The notes under the pieces are model-generated. The model did no database searches, was not told where the DNA came from, and saw only the letters and a list, made by a program, of their open reading frames with translations. The translations under genes and the position numbers were made by a program. This document shows positions 1 to 11,686 of a stretch of DNA of 64,000 nt, one piece after another. Position 1 is the stretch's first letter, and every line of letters starts with the position of its first letter. The stretch is from NCBI RefSeq assembly GCF_964194025.1, contig NC_134471.1, positions 5,704,001 through 5,768,000 of the forward strand, read 5' to 3'. This DNA comes from Convolutriloba macropyga (taxonomy: Eukaryota).

Positions 1-1399
1 GGATCTGCTCCGTTGCGAAAAATTCTTATGTTAAATCAATATTATTTTCTTCAAATATGTTTCACGCGAGTAGATTTTTTCCCAAACATTCTTGCTAAGT
101 GCCAGCTACTGATTACGGCGGACGTTTTGTCATACTGCGGTGCAAAGATAGTAAAAATTTGAATGATTAAAAAACACGACCAAAAAAAGTTTATTTCTTT
201 AGTTCCAACGACGGCTCGAAATGCGTGTTTCTCCTGGAAGCTCATTTTTAAACAAGAAAAAAACTATCATGTTCTACTTCAAACTGACTTGAAGAGGAAA
301 ATGATTCAATCAATGTAAATCAATGTATCAATTTTATGTAAATCAATTTTTTGAATGAAAATTAGTCGATCTGTTTCTTTTTGCCCAATTTCAAAGATCA
401 GTAATTCAAAGTAAGCCAACCAAAAGTTTTAAGTCCTCCAATTTTTACTAAAACAAAGTAAAAAAAGAATTCGGGTTTTAATGTTGGCTTTGAGGTACTT
501 ATATTGCAGTACCGTGCTATGGATACGTAAACGACTGGGTTAATCGCGGCACCACATGTATAACTTCAGAGTTCAATCCCTAGTTCAATTCTTGATATAT
601 AGTTAAGTATCAATGAAGTTTCAATGCAAATATGAATTTACAAGTTCATAGTAAACAGCTCTAATAACTATGTGAGTTTGAAGGGGGGATAGATTAATTG
701 AAGTGACGATAAACGAAATAGCAAAAGTCAGAACAGGTTGATTAATTCTAAGTTAGTTGTAAATAAAGTAGATCTTAAGAGATGTTATATTGGATGTACC
801 TGAATTCCAAAATGTGCTAAACTAATAATTTTTAACTTAGAAAGTTCTTCTTTGAGAACTAGTCACAAAATATTCTAATTTAGAATTGTCATCTCAATAA
901 GAGCAAAGGGGAACGACACAAGCTTTCTTTTACTAATGGACTCGTGTCTCTCTAGTATCATAGTGGATGGAGATACACAATTGACAAAGTTTTCAATGTC
1001 AAAATAATGTTCTCAAAGTGGCGTGATGTTATCACGTCACGATAATATCAGTTTGAATTTGTGATCAAAAAATATTACTTGTTCAAATTGCTTAGTATTT
1101 TGTTCACGTGTTAAATGCGACATTGTCCGCATCAAGTTTGTGCTTCACGCACTATAACCTAATTCTCAAATTATCAGTAAGATTATTAAGTCACGTTACT
1201 GAGTGTAGCAGACTTCAGTACATCCCATATCGGTCTATAGGTATTGATTCAAACCGTCAATTTCTACAACAATAATTATATCTGTAACTAAATTTGCATT
1301 ATTAAGCGTTCAATGTATTTGAGTTTGAAAACTTTTTTATATCTTTTCTTGAGAGTTTATGCTTGACGAAGGGTGATGATGTCCTGAATTACATTGTCG

Positions 1400-2720
1400 T
1401 TCAAAAATGCAAGTCCTTTTTTGGGTTGGCTTTTTATAAGCAATTTGTATCTTTTCTTATGAAGATTGATAACTGCTAATACATCACTCGATATAGATTC
1501 AAATACAAAAAAAATATTAATTCTTTTGTATATAGTGACAAGCAAAAGTTTTGAATACACAAATTTAAAAAAGGCGCTTAAAACCATAAGGGTTATTGTG
1601 GCGGAAAAATTCCCCAAATAATGAATTCTGTTTCGTAATTCACCTTGAAGTGAAATAAATGCTAAATACGGATTATTTGTAAAGAGCTTTGAAGCGGTAT
1701 TTCATTGTTGATTGTTAAATTGTTTTTATGAAGAAGGGTTATAAGATTATGGATTTTACTTTTAGTCATGAGTTCGAAAAAAATGAAAATTTTTTTCTGT
1801 TCGAAATCTTCAAGAAATAAAATAACTTCTCACTTAAAATCAGAGCAATATATTTTGGCAATTTCTACGTTTGTTGTTAAAAATTACTTTTTAGGAAGAA
1901 CTATCCAAGCAATTTCACTATCAGTGGTCGATAAGCAATAATCCCTAAACAATTCACTATCAACACCACCGTGAAAAGATGCATTCAATCTGAAATTTAA
2001 ATAATTTAATCGAGTAATTCAATAAATTTTTATAGCGATTGGAGAAAATTAGACTGTAATTTCTTAATTGTTCTAATGGTGTATAAGAAAAACTCTAGGT
2101 CCATTAGTGCCATCTCTAAGATGCTGAAAAAGTATGTTATCATCACTAACCTTCGTTAGACCAAACCAAAAGAACAATTTCGTTTAGTTTGTTGTCCCTT
2201 GCAAATAAGATTACTTCAGGTTTTTTTTCATGGAAAAATATAGTTCAGTCACATGTTTCACGGAGCTATTAACGCAAATAACTTAAATCGGGCAACTTAA
2301 TGTAACATGATGAAAAGTTTTACGAAAGTTTCGAAAGAATTTGATATCTACTTTGTGAGTGAGCATTACTAAATAGAATAATTTAGTGGTTTAAATTTAA
2401 AATTATTGAGATGAAGAATGTCCTTAGTATGAAATAATTTCAGTATATCAAACAAATCGTATAAGTCAATCTGATGAAGATAGACCGCATTTTCATTACA
2501 ACCACTGTCTTGTAAGAATAAGATAATTTATTTTAATTCAAATGTCCTGCAGACTAAATATTGAAGCTAAATATTTGAGAAAAATGAAGCTTAAGTTAAT
2601 TGTGATTCATTGAAATCGGAAAGACCACAATAAGTTTTGAAACATTTGATGTCTACTCGAAGAGTATGCATTTGCGATGCATTACGTAACAAATATGATA
2701 ACTAAAGTAACTCTAGGTAC
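1400..2720 (+). mobile_element. Highly decayed non-LTR retrotransposon (LINE) RT relic
   Basis: Broken motifs appear in LINE ORF2 order: DWRK (~2040); VYKKNSRSISAISKMLKK (~2080-2135, cf. PIxKK..YRPISLLSxxSKxLEK); KVSKEFD (~2325, cf. DFSKAFD); YAFA (~2665, cf. YADD region). There are many stops and frameshifts, and the boundaries are approximate. Confidence 0.3.
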
Positions 2721-4089
2721 AGTTCAATGGAGGTAGGAGAAATTTTGGTTATGGTTTCACGAACGCCGGAGTATGAAGATGGAGAGGAGATTTTGAAGAT
2801 CTTTAACCACAACATTTATCTATTCCTGCGGTCAGAACTGCTGAACCCGAAAAACCAGATCTAATTTTTGATTGATTAACCTGGTGTGGATATGAAGTTG
2901 GTGCCTCAGATTATTTTTTGTTACAGAATTTTGGTGATTTGCTGTTCAAGCTGCTCTGAGCGGTTCTGAGATAAAATTTTGTTTAGTTGGTAAGTGAATG
3001 TAACAACCAGAAGAGCAAGGTTAGCTCTCATCTTATGAAAAAGTACTTGTATTGTTTGTCCATTTAATTTTTCATTACTTGGTAGATAAAATTTCTTTTG
3101 CAACAAGTAACCAGTGATGTTGAATCGTTTGATGTTGTGTTGTAGTTGGTAGATCAAACTGGATCGTAAATTGGAGGTCCATTAAAATTGGGGGCTTTTG
3201 CATGTCGTTCAGCTAGATGCTTTTTTCAGCAGTCTTGCAGGGGTAGATGTGTTTTGTAGGAGACTAACAATGTTTGTCTTGAAGAATGAGAAGTCGAAGT
3301 GTTGGCTAAAACGTTGGGTACGGAGGTCTTGGTCTTCGGTATATCTGTTTTTGGTGATTTTGCTGGGCTTAATGCTTCGCTAATGAATTCTTTGCGATAG
3401 TATCTGTGGTTTTATGTTTTTTTCAGGGCAAAGGTAAATGATAGCCAGAACTAATGGTTCAATTTGAATAGCTGAAACTGTGATTGTTGATAATAGTGTA
3501 GTAAAAGCTGCAATAAGATTGTCGATTGAACTGAGCAAGACTTCAGTCGATCAAGTGGTTGAATTTCAGATTGAGGTTTTGAAGATGCTAGGCCGGTGAA
3601 ATTGGGCCAACCACTTGAAGGTTCTGTCTGAATGCAGGGTACCAGCTTGTTAGTGATAGAAAGTAATTCCTAACACATCAAGCATTCTCCAACCTTTTTC
3701 TGTTCTCAGAATTGTTTGCAAACTTTCTCGTTTCCATTTTTTCTAATCTAAATTGAGTCAAAGACGATGATGAAGTCAGTCAGCTTATTCATGCATCCTA
3801 CAGATTGCTAAAATCCATGTTTCATTAATGATTAAATTTTAAACTGCACACGTAGGAACGATGTGATTATTTCTATTTTTCCTCGATTGTAATCAACTAT
3901 AAGTAAGTTAGGACAGTGTTACTTATACTCATTACTCATGTCGCGAAATTTTTGTGTTCTACACCAATCGTAAAATGGAAATTGAACAGGTCTTACTCCA
4001 AAATTATTTTTAGTGTTTTTAGAATTTGAAACTTGTTTGAGTCGTTCCTCACTTTCCCTATTTTTTTGTTTTCCAATATAGATCTAATA

Positions 4090-5125
4090 AATTATAGTTA
4101 CAACATATCAAATGCTGAGGCAAAGAGTGCGTAACCAAAACAGTTAGTTGCTTCTGTAAGTTTTTATATGATTTGATCTGATTAGTTATAGAATTATGTC
4201 TGTGAGTAGCTTATTAAGCCAAAATTTAGCATAGAAAATTCCTTATTGCTCAATTATGTATTGTATATCCCTGAAGCTTTCAACAATTTTAATGGATAAA
4301 AAATGCATGAGATGAATGAGTCGAGATGGATTTCTGGAGTTCTAGAAGTTTGGTCCTGATTTGTTTGAAAAAAATTTTTTTTTCTTTACTAACAATGTCA
4401 TGGTGAAGCCTTTGGCATCTCTTTCGCATTTTATATCATATCGCATTTTACTTTTTGTATGAGTAAAAAAAGCTCGAATGCTTGTATTTATGATACTCTT
4501 AATTTGTTGAATGTACATATGTGGTGTGAAGAGTTCGGTTCCTATATTTTTAGTTTTTTGTGGGGTTAGTTCAGTCCAACGACAATTTTTTTCAACATAT
4601 AGTTGAAATAAATATTCATCTTCATCAGAAGACTGTTGTTCTTTGGCTTCAGAGAAAGTTTGTCTTGACATAGGATCAACAGATTGTATTTCACCCTCGT
4701 AAAGAATAGGAATTTTATTGTAGTACTTATTCGGAATCTGTAGAGGTTAACGAAATTCAGGGCAGTCTTATAGGCAAGCAACAATGCCAGTTGTTAAGAG
4801 AAACATAGATGTGTTTTTAGTAAAGATATATCCATTTGAGCATGGATTTGCATGAGAAATCATTAAGGCAATGAGAATGGAGGAGCGTTCTGGCTTAAAA
4901 TCATTTCTTAATAATTTCAAAGCAGAGTTTTGTAGCTGCCGAAGATCATTAAATGGCGAATATTCAATCTTTGTTCCCAGATGTGCTTCGAAATAAAAAT
5001 TATCACAAACTTGAGTGTGTCTCGTATCAATTGTTTTGTTGTCAATGAAATATATTTTATGCTTTAAAAGAATAGTACCAGTATCAAATTGGTATTTTCG
5101 AAATGGTTCTCCAGTGAAGGGAAAG
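4090..5125 (-). pseudogene. Decayed viral/retrotransposon envelope-like glycoprotein (class III fusion, chuvirus G / gB-like env) fragment
   Basis: One frame from 5125 to 4342 has only two internal stops: ...FEAHLGTKIEYSPFNDLRQLQNSALKLLRNDFKPERSSILIALMISHANPCSNGYIFTKNTSMFLLTTGIVACL*DCPEFR*PLQIPNKYYNKIPILYEGEIQSVDPMSRQTFSEAKEQ...WTELTP. Further downstream is a hydrophobic TM-like tail, YIIEQ*GIFYAKFWLNKLLTDIIL*LIR, and after a frameshift LTEATNCFGYALFASAF. Confidence 0.6.
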
Positions 5126-5789
5126 TTGATCAGATGTAACTTGGGTCTGGAACGTCTGATCAGGGTTAATTTCTGTCATGAAAGTCTGATCAGATGAAAT
5201 TTTGGGTCTGGACCTCAAACTGGGAAGTGTATAAATAAAACAAGCGTCTACTGATCACTTTAATATTTTGAAGTTGCGCTCAGGTTGTAACATTCAATCT
5301 AGATCTTCGAAAAGCTCACTAATGATGCTTACCTCGATGGACCTTCAGGAACCTGTAGTAAAAATAAGGAACGGAACATGAGAACTACGACATCTAGAAA
5401 ATTTCCAATGGCAAAACTGCATCGACGCAGTTTTGCCATCGCAGAATCTAGATGTTGTACTTCTCGAATTCCTTTCCTTAGTGATGCTGCAGTTTCCTGA
5501 AGGTCTAACAAGGTAAAGTAAATTCTTGACTAAGAAGAGGAACAATGGGTACCTGGCTCTTCGAGTTTATTTTTGATTTCTTTGTTACGTTGCGCAGTCG
5601 CGGTTCTCAGCCTTAAAAAACAAAAAAACTTATAATGATATAGATTATGATAAACTGCACTTCTCAGATGAGCTCGCTCATTACGAGTTTGTTCGACAAT
5701 GAGGCGTTTTTTCTATAAGTAATCGAAAATTATTCTTTTTCACCAATTATTAAATAATAGAATCATTTTTTATCAAATTTTTGATCGCA

Positions 5790-7860
5790 TTGCCTATCGT
5801 ATATTGTCCATGAGTTTTTTAAACAACTCCAAGCTATCCGGTTAAACTCCTGACCAGCCGCTACTAAATACAATATGAATGGCTGAACTACCATAAAAAT
5901 TTTTGCATATCTATGGTGCTCTTATGTTCCAGTGGTCCTCGCATGCTTCAATGCACCGATTGTTTGTTTTACTGGTTTTTTGTGGTATGCTGATTTTTTT
6001 CTATTTTGATTATGGTCATGTGAAGATCAATCCGGTAGGCTAAATTTGCTCGTGGCATTAAAGTGGAGAAGAACAAAAAAAATATCAAAAACCAAAATCA
6101 AAAAAGGTAAACTTTTCATTTACTATCCCGTGATATAGTCTAATATGTTTTTTGGGGTTGTAATATCCGGGATTTAGGTTTTTTACCAAAGAAAAAAATG
6201 GCAAGAAACGCTGTGAATTACCACAAGTGATATTGTTTTGATAGCTACTTTTTTACCGCTTTTTACCACAAATTCGACATTATTTTTGACCAATATCTTG
6301 ACCTATTTTGAACATGGCAGCTCCTTTAAAGTTTGCGCTGTTTTAAAAAACACGCAGTTGATTCTAGAAAGAGATTTAAGCTGCCTTTGTTCAGCAAAGA
6401 CCTTATTGGCAATCACGCTCATCTCTGGACAAAATAGTCACAATCAGAAATAACGTTGTCATTGTCTAGTGCTGGTTGCTGTTTAAGGAAAAAATACATT
6501 CAAGTTTGCGGTGATTTGTTGTAGTGGTAGCTAGTAAAAACTCTTAACTCGCTATCTTGTTCCGCATGAGAAAATTAGCAGTTGTTTACATTATTAAAAG
6601 AAACTGTTTGTCAGATTTAAATTTCTTTTTTCATTTTTGATATCAAATAAACCCTTATCTTTTGAGCGGGATGAAATTCTGCCATTTCTTTTGTAAATTA
6701 CGCATCGATAAGAGAATTCACTATTTTGAAACAAATGTGGTCAGAACGTATTCTCTAGTACGCAGTTGACAACATTCTCAGCAAATTTAGAGGTTCAACA
6801 TATGATTTTTCGTTTTACCAATGTTGCCTATCGTATATTGTCCATCAGTTTTTTTTAAACAATTCCAAGCTATCCGGTTAAACTCCTGACCAGCCGCTAC
6901 TATGTACAATATTAATGGCTGAACTACCATAAAATTCTTGCATTTTATTGGTGCTCTTATGTTTCAGTGGTCCTCGATTTCTTCAATGCACCGATTGTTT
7001 GTTTTACCAATTTTTTGTGCTATGGTGACTTTTTTTCTATGTTGATAATATTCATGTGAAGGTCAATCCGGTAGAGGAGGCTAAATGTGCTCGTGACATT
7101 AAAGTGGAGAAGAACAAAATAAATATCAAAAACCAAAATCAAACTAAGTGAAATTCTCAATCGCCGTCCAGTGATGTAGACTAATACGTTATTTGAGGTT
7201 GCAATTTCCAGGATTTTTTAGCGGTGAACAAAAAGAACAAAATTGCTGCCAATTACCACAAGTCATTTTATTTTGATAGCTACTTTTTCACCACTATTGA
7301 CCACAAATTTAACAATACTTTTTTGACCAAAATCTTGAACCTATTTTGAACGTGGCAGCTTCTTTAAAGTGTGCGCTCGTTTTAAAAACAAGCACTTATT
7401 TCTAGAAACACATTTAGGCTGCCCTTGTTACGATAAAGAACTTATTGGCAATCACTCTCGTTTCTGGACAAAATAGTCACAAACAGACATAATTCGCCAT
7501 TGTCTATTCCTGGTTGCTGTTTAAGAAAAAGGTTAATTCGAGATTTGCGGTGATTAGTGGTAGCGGTAGCTGGTAAAAATTCTTAACTCACTATCTTGTT
7601 CCGCAGGGAGAAAATTAGCATTTGTTTGCGTTCTTACAAGAAACTGTTCGTCATATTTGATTTTCTTGTTTCATCTTTGATAACAAATAATCACTTCTCT
7701 TTTGAGCGGGATAAAATTCTGCCATTTTCTTTTGTAAAACACACGTTGATAAGAGAATTCTTTATTTTGAAAAATAAGAATGTGGTTTGAACGTATTCTA
7801 GAGTACGCAGTTACCAACATTCGCAGCAACTTTAGAGATTCAACTTATTACTTTTTTGGG
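5790..7860. repeat. Diverged tandem duplication of a ~1.03 kb unit
   Basis: ttgcctatcgtatattgtccat...ccaagctatccggttaaactcctgaccagccgctact starts at ~5790 and again at ~6824. The two units stay colinear throughout, with many substitutions. Confidence 0.9.
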
Positions 7861-10157
7861 TTGTTTAAATCCAGCGACTATTCCGTTGTTGGAGTTTTTC
7901 TAGTATTCATGAAAGTTATAGAGGCACACCATAAAGAAAATGCGCAGAGGAGCGCAGATTAGCGTTAGAAACTAGTTTTTTTCACCCGAAAGCAACCTAA
8001 CTTTGGCGGTTCGTTTTTGTACGAATGAACGGAGTATTTTCAACGCTTTCGTTCATCTTAGTATAAAAATCTGCCAGTTATCAAAATTTTAAACGCACAT
8101 CTGCCCCTACATCTTTGTGAACTGTGCCACAACTGCGCCAGATATAATTTCTTTAAAATTTTCAAATGTATTTAAACAGAATCACTCTAATTTATGGTGC
8201 GCAAATCACGTTGAGGATTTTATAAAGTTAACGAAATGGTGAAAAAAATTTTGCAGGATAAGAAGTTCGTAGTGGTAAATTTTTCATATTATTTCACTCT
8301 TATAAACACAAGACAATAAAAACTTTACCACTGACGGTTCGGCAGTCATTCAAGTCGTGAATAACAGTAGAATTTGCAGTTTTCAGCGGGGAAAATTCAT
8401 CACCACCAATTTCACGGCATTCTTTGTTAAAAACCTATTTTCCCACGAATCATTTTTCTAAATACCAATTTTATCTTGTAGCGTTGACACTTCAATCCTG
8501 GTGGAAATGTTTTCATAGCGTTTTTTCCCGATAACTACCTTGATGACAGACTGAGAACTTCTTAAGAGAATTTTTGTCAAAATCAGCTTTTTAACTTTTA
8601 TTTTTCCCCTTTGCTGCATGAGATATAGTTTTAAAGCTCATTTAAGTATAAATTACATAGTGGGACATGAACAGAGAAATGGGAAGGGGAAAAAACAGAA
8701 TAATTTTTGTCATGAATCAGCGCTGATGTGCTCTGCCACCAAGCTCCGGGGATCTAGTTTTTCAATTGCTGACACAATCTCTCCCTCTCATTGGCTGCAC
8801 TCTTTGGTGGCTTACGTCTAGTAAGGTTAGTACACCAAAAATAGTTGGCTGCACTTTTAGTTACTCGTACGCCTGGAGGCGTAAAAAGCAAATGCTGACA
8901 AATGCTTATGGGGTGGTAGAATAGATCCCTAAACTAACAAAGCAATAAACGTTTCACTATGTAATGGCACGTGCTCTATAACTGGGGGTCAATAACGTAC
9001 TGGGGGGAGGGGAGAAAAGATCCGATTTTCAGATCTGAGATCTTTTCGATATTTGACCCGCCCCTCTAAAGTATATGCCCCACGATTGTCCACCTTTCGA
9101 CAAAACTTCAGGAATTTTATGTTGTGTCGCATACAAGTACGGTGTCACGAGCGGGATGCAGATAATTTGACACTCAAAAAATTTATTGGATCTTTTCCGG
9201 GATTTATTCTGTGTTGATCGCCCAGCTTAGTGGGCATATTTATTTTAAAAAACACCTGAAGCGATAAAAGCGGTTAAATAAACTGCCAGTGTAATAAATT
9301 TTAATGCCTGATCAAAACTGGAAAAACACTTCAGCATTAGACTACAATTTTATCACGCTCTTTTATCTCCACTGTTACTAAGTAAACAGTGGCGATAAAA
9401 GAGTGGTGGTAAACTCGTAGTCTAATGATGGAAACAGTTTGATAAACTTGTAGTCTAAAAAACAAACATGACCACAACGGGTGTTGATTTAAAAAATTAC
9501 CAAACGGTTGTTATCAACCTCGAAGTTGTCATAACACTTCGGCTTCGCCTCGGAGTTTGATAACTTCTCGCTGGCGATATCAACCGTTTTTCATAACAAA
9601 ATATAATTTTGTAACCGGGGCCGTAAAAAACACTGGGGGGGAGGGCGGGGCAAAACAGTATAAATCTCTTCTCCGTTTGTCCAGCCCCCAGGTATGTTAT
9701 ACTCCCCCAGTTGCACAGCACATGCCATTTCTTGGAAAATCATTTTGTAAAAATATGGCACGTGCATCGAGGGTAAGGGTGCAAATAATATACACCCACT
9801 AAAATTGTGGGGAGGCACAGCTCAGTAAATAATGACTTGCAGATTTTAGATTGCCGAAACTCTGAGGGTCCAAAATGGATAGCCAAAAGTTGACTTCCGT
9901 AAACTTTCACTATTTCAAAACCTACGAATTTCAGGTCTGTCCCATCATAGCCTCCCCCTGAAACTATAGCCCCCGTTATGGTATAATTACCACGATTGGG
10001 GCTATAGATTATCTGACCACTAAGCGTGGGGAGGGCGTGCAAATTTTAAAATGCCGAAAGTCTGCAGTGTCAGATGTTAAAATGCCAGAAGTTGCTACTT
10101 AGCCAGAATTTGAATTCCGTTGACTTCTGTCATTTTAAAAGGTGCGCGTTTCGTGTT

Positions 10158-10790
10158 TTAAGCATGGTTAGATGCCATTACAGAAGTCACCTAGAAATTT
10201 CTACTAAATACCTCGAACCGTTTCGCGGATCTCGATAAACGCCAGAAGTTCTCAGTGACTTCGAGCAGAGTCACTTAACCATTACTTAAGCATTGTTAGG
10301 TGCCCCTGCAGAAGTCACTTCGAAATTCTGACTAAATACCTCGAACCGCTTTACAGATCTCGATAAATGCCAGAAGTTCTCAGTGACTTCAAGCGGAGTC
10401 ACTTAACCATTACTTAAGTATGGTTAGGTGCCTCTGCAGAAGTCACTTCAAAATACTGACTAAATACCTCGAACCGCTTTACAGATCTCGATAAATGCCA
10501 GAAGTTCTCAGTGACTTCAAGCGGAGTCACTTAACCATTACTTAAGTATGGTTAGGTGCCTCTGCAGAAGTCACTTCAAAATACTGACTAAATACCTCGA
10601 ACCGTTTCGCGGATCTCGATAAACGCCAGAAGTTCTCAGTGACTTAAAGCAGAGTCACTTAACCATTATTTAAGCATGGTTAGGTCCCTCTGCAGAAGTC
10701 ACTTCGAAATTCTCACTAAACACCTCGAACCGCTTTGCGGATCTCGATAAATGCCAGAAGTTCTCTGTGACTTCAAGCAGAGTCTCGTAA
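10158..10790. repeat. 128-bp tandem repeat, ~5 copies
   Basis: cagaagtcac recurs at 10181, 10309, 10437, 10565 and 10693 (period 128). Each unit contains the inverted pair gaagtcac/gtgacttc. Confidence 0.95.
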
Positions 10791-11293
10791 TCTACAAAAA
10801 CTTACGTCAAGCACAATTTCCGCAACGCTTTTTCCCTAATTTAGCGATTTTTGACCTTTGACTTTAAATTCAAGGATAAAAATTGAAGTTGAGTTTTTCG
10901 GTTTTCAGTTACTCGTTTTTTTCTCTATATTTGGTCCTTTACAAAGAATACCTCCTTATACAAGCATTGATGTGGTCTTTCTCATCACAGTCCCCCCTAG
11001 CACAAAAATAAAGTCCTTCATATCGGTTAAATTTGTTAAGTGAAGGGGGGCTACGCGTTATGTAACCACTACGCTGGGGGAGGAGGGCTGTATTGGGAAA
11101 CACCCCCAGTAAAGAATCATCAATTTTGTATCAAAATTTGGGTCTTTCCCGTTATATCCCCCCTCCCGAGCTTAGTGGTCAGTTAACCTTTACCCCCCCC
11201 CCCCCCAATCATGCTAAATATACCATAATGGGGGGCTATAATAGGAAAGACCACTGTTATTTAAGAAGTTTATCTTGCAACGAATCTATAACA

Positions 11294-11546
11294 ATGATAT
11301 CATCTACATCTCGTCTGACGGTAAACTTCATAATTAATTTCGCTCTTGCAGTCATTTTCGCAGCAGCCACAGACTTGGCTCAGAATTTCAGTGAGAAGCG
11401 TGCGATTGTAAATGGGTACAATGCACCCAGTCGGCCCTTTTACGTGAGACTGTACATTGACGAGGGGGGAGAGGGATTAGTTCTTTGTGGGGGCTCAATC
11501 ATCTCACCCTATTATATTCTCACAGCGGCCCATTGCGTCAGTCGTG
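11294..11546 (+). CDS. S1A (chymotrypsin/trypsin-family) serine protease, exon 1
   Basis: MISSTSRLTVNFIINFALAVIFAAA (signal-peptide-like), EKRA|IVNG activation site, LCGGSII, and ILTAAHC with the catalytic His. Donor G|GTAAAT, phase 1. Confidence 0.93.
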
Positions 11547-11686
11547 GTAAATACTAATCTGGCTTCTTACAATTGGAATGCGTGTACATTTATAACAGAT
11601 ATTGAATCTACTCTGCCCCCCCCCCCACCCAGCTTAGTGGGCAAATACTTTTACGCCCCTAAGTGCACGTGCTGTTTTTTACATAG

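Noticed and set aside
2720-3760. RING-like or LINE-like coding relic on the minus strand (ECLMC...HxxxxxKWL; AGIDK)
   Set aside because: Motifs are in different frames and too weak to assign a family.
10158-10790. Regular repeats as a CRISPR array
   Set aside because: Whole 128-bp units repeat with no unique spacers, there are no cas genes, and the context is eukaryotic.
11093-11293. N-terminal extension of the protease ORF
   Set aside because: It runs through a family A MITE. The ATG at 11294 precedes a signal-peptide-like segment.
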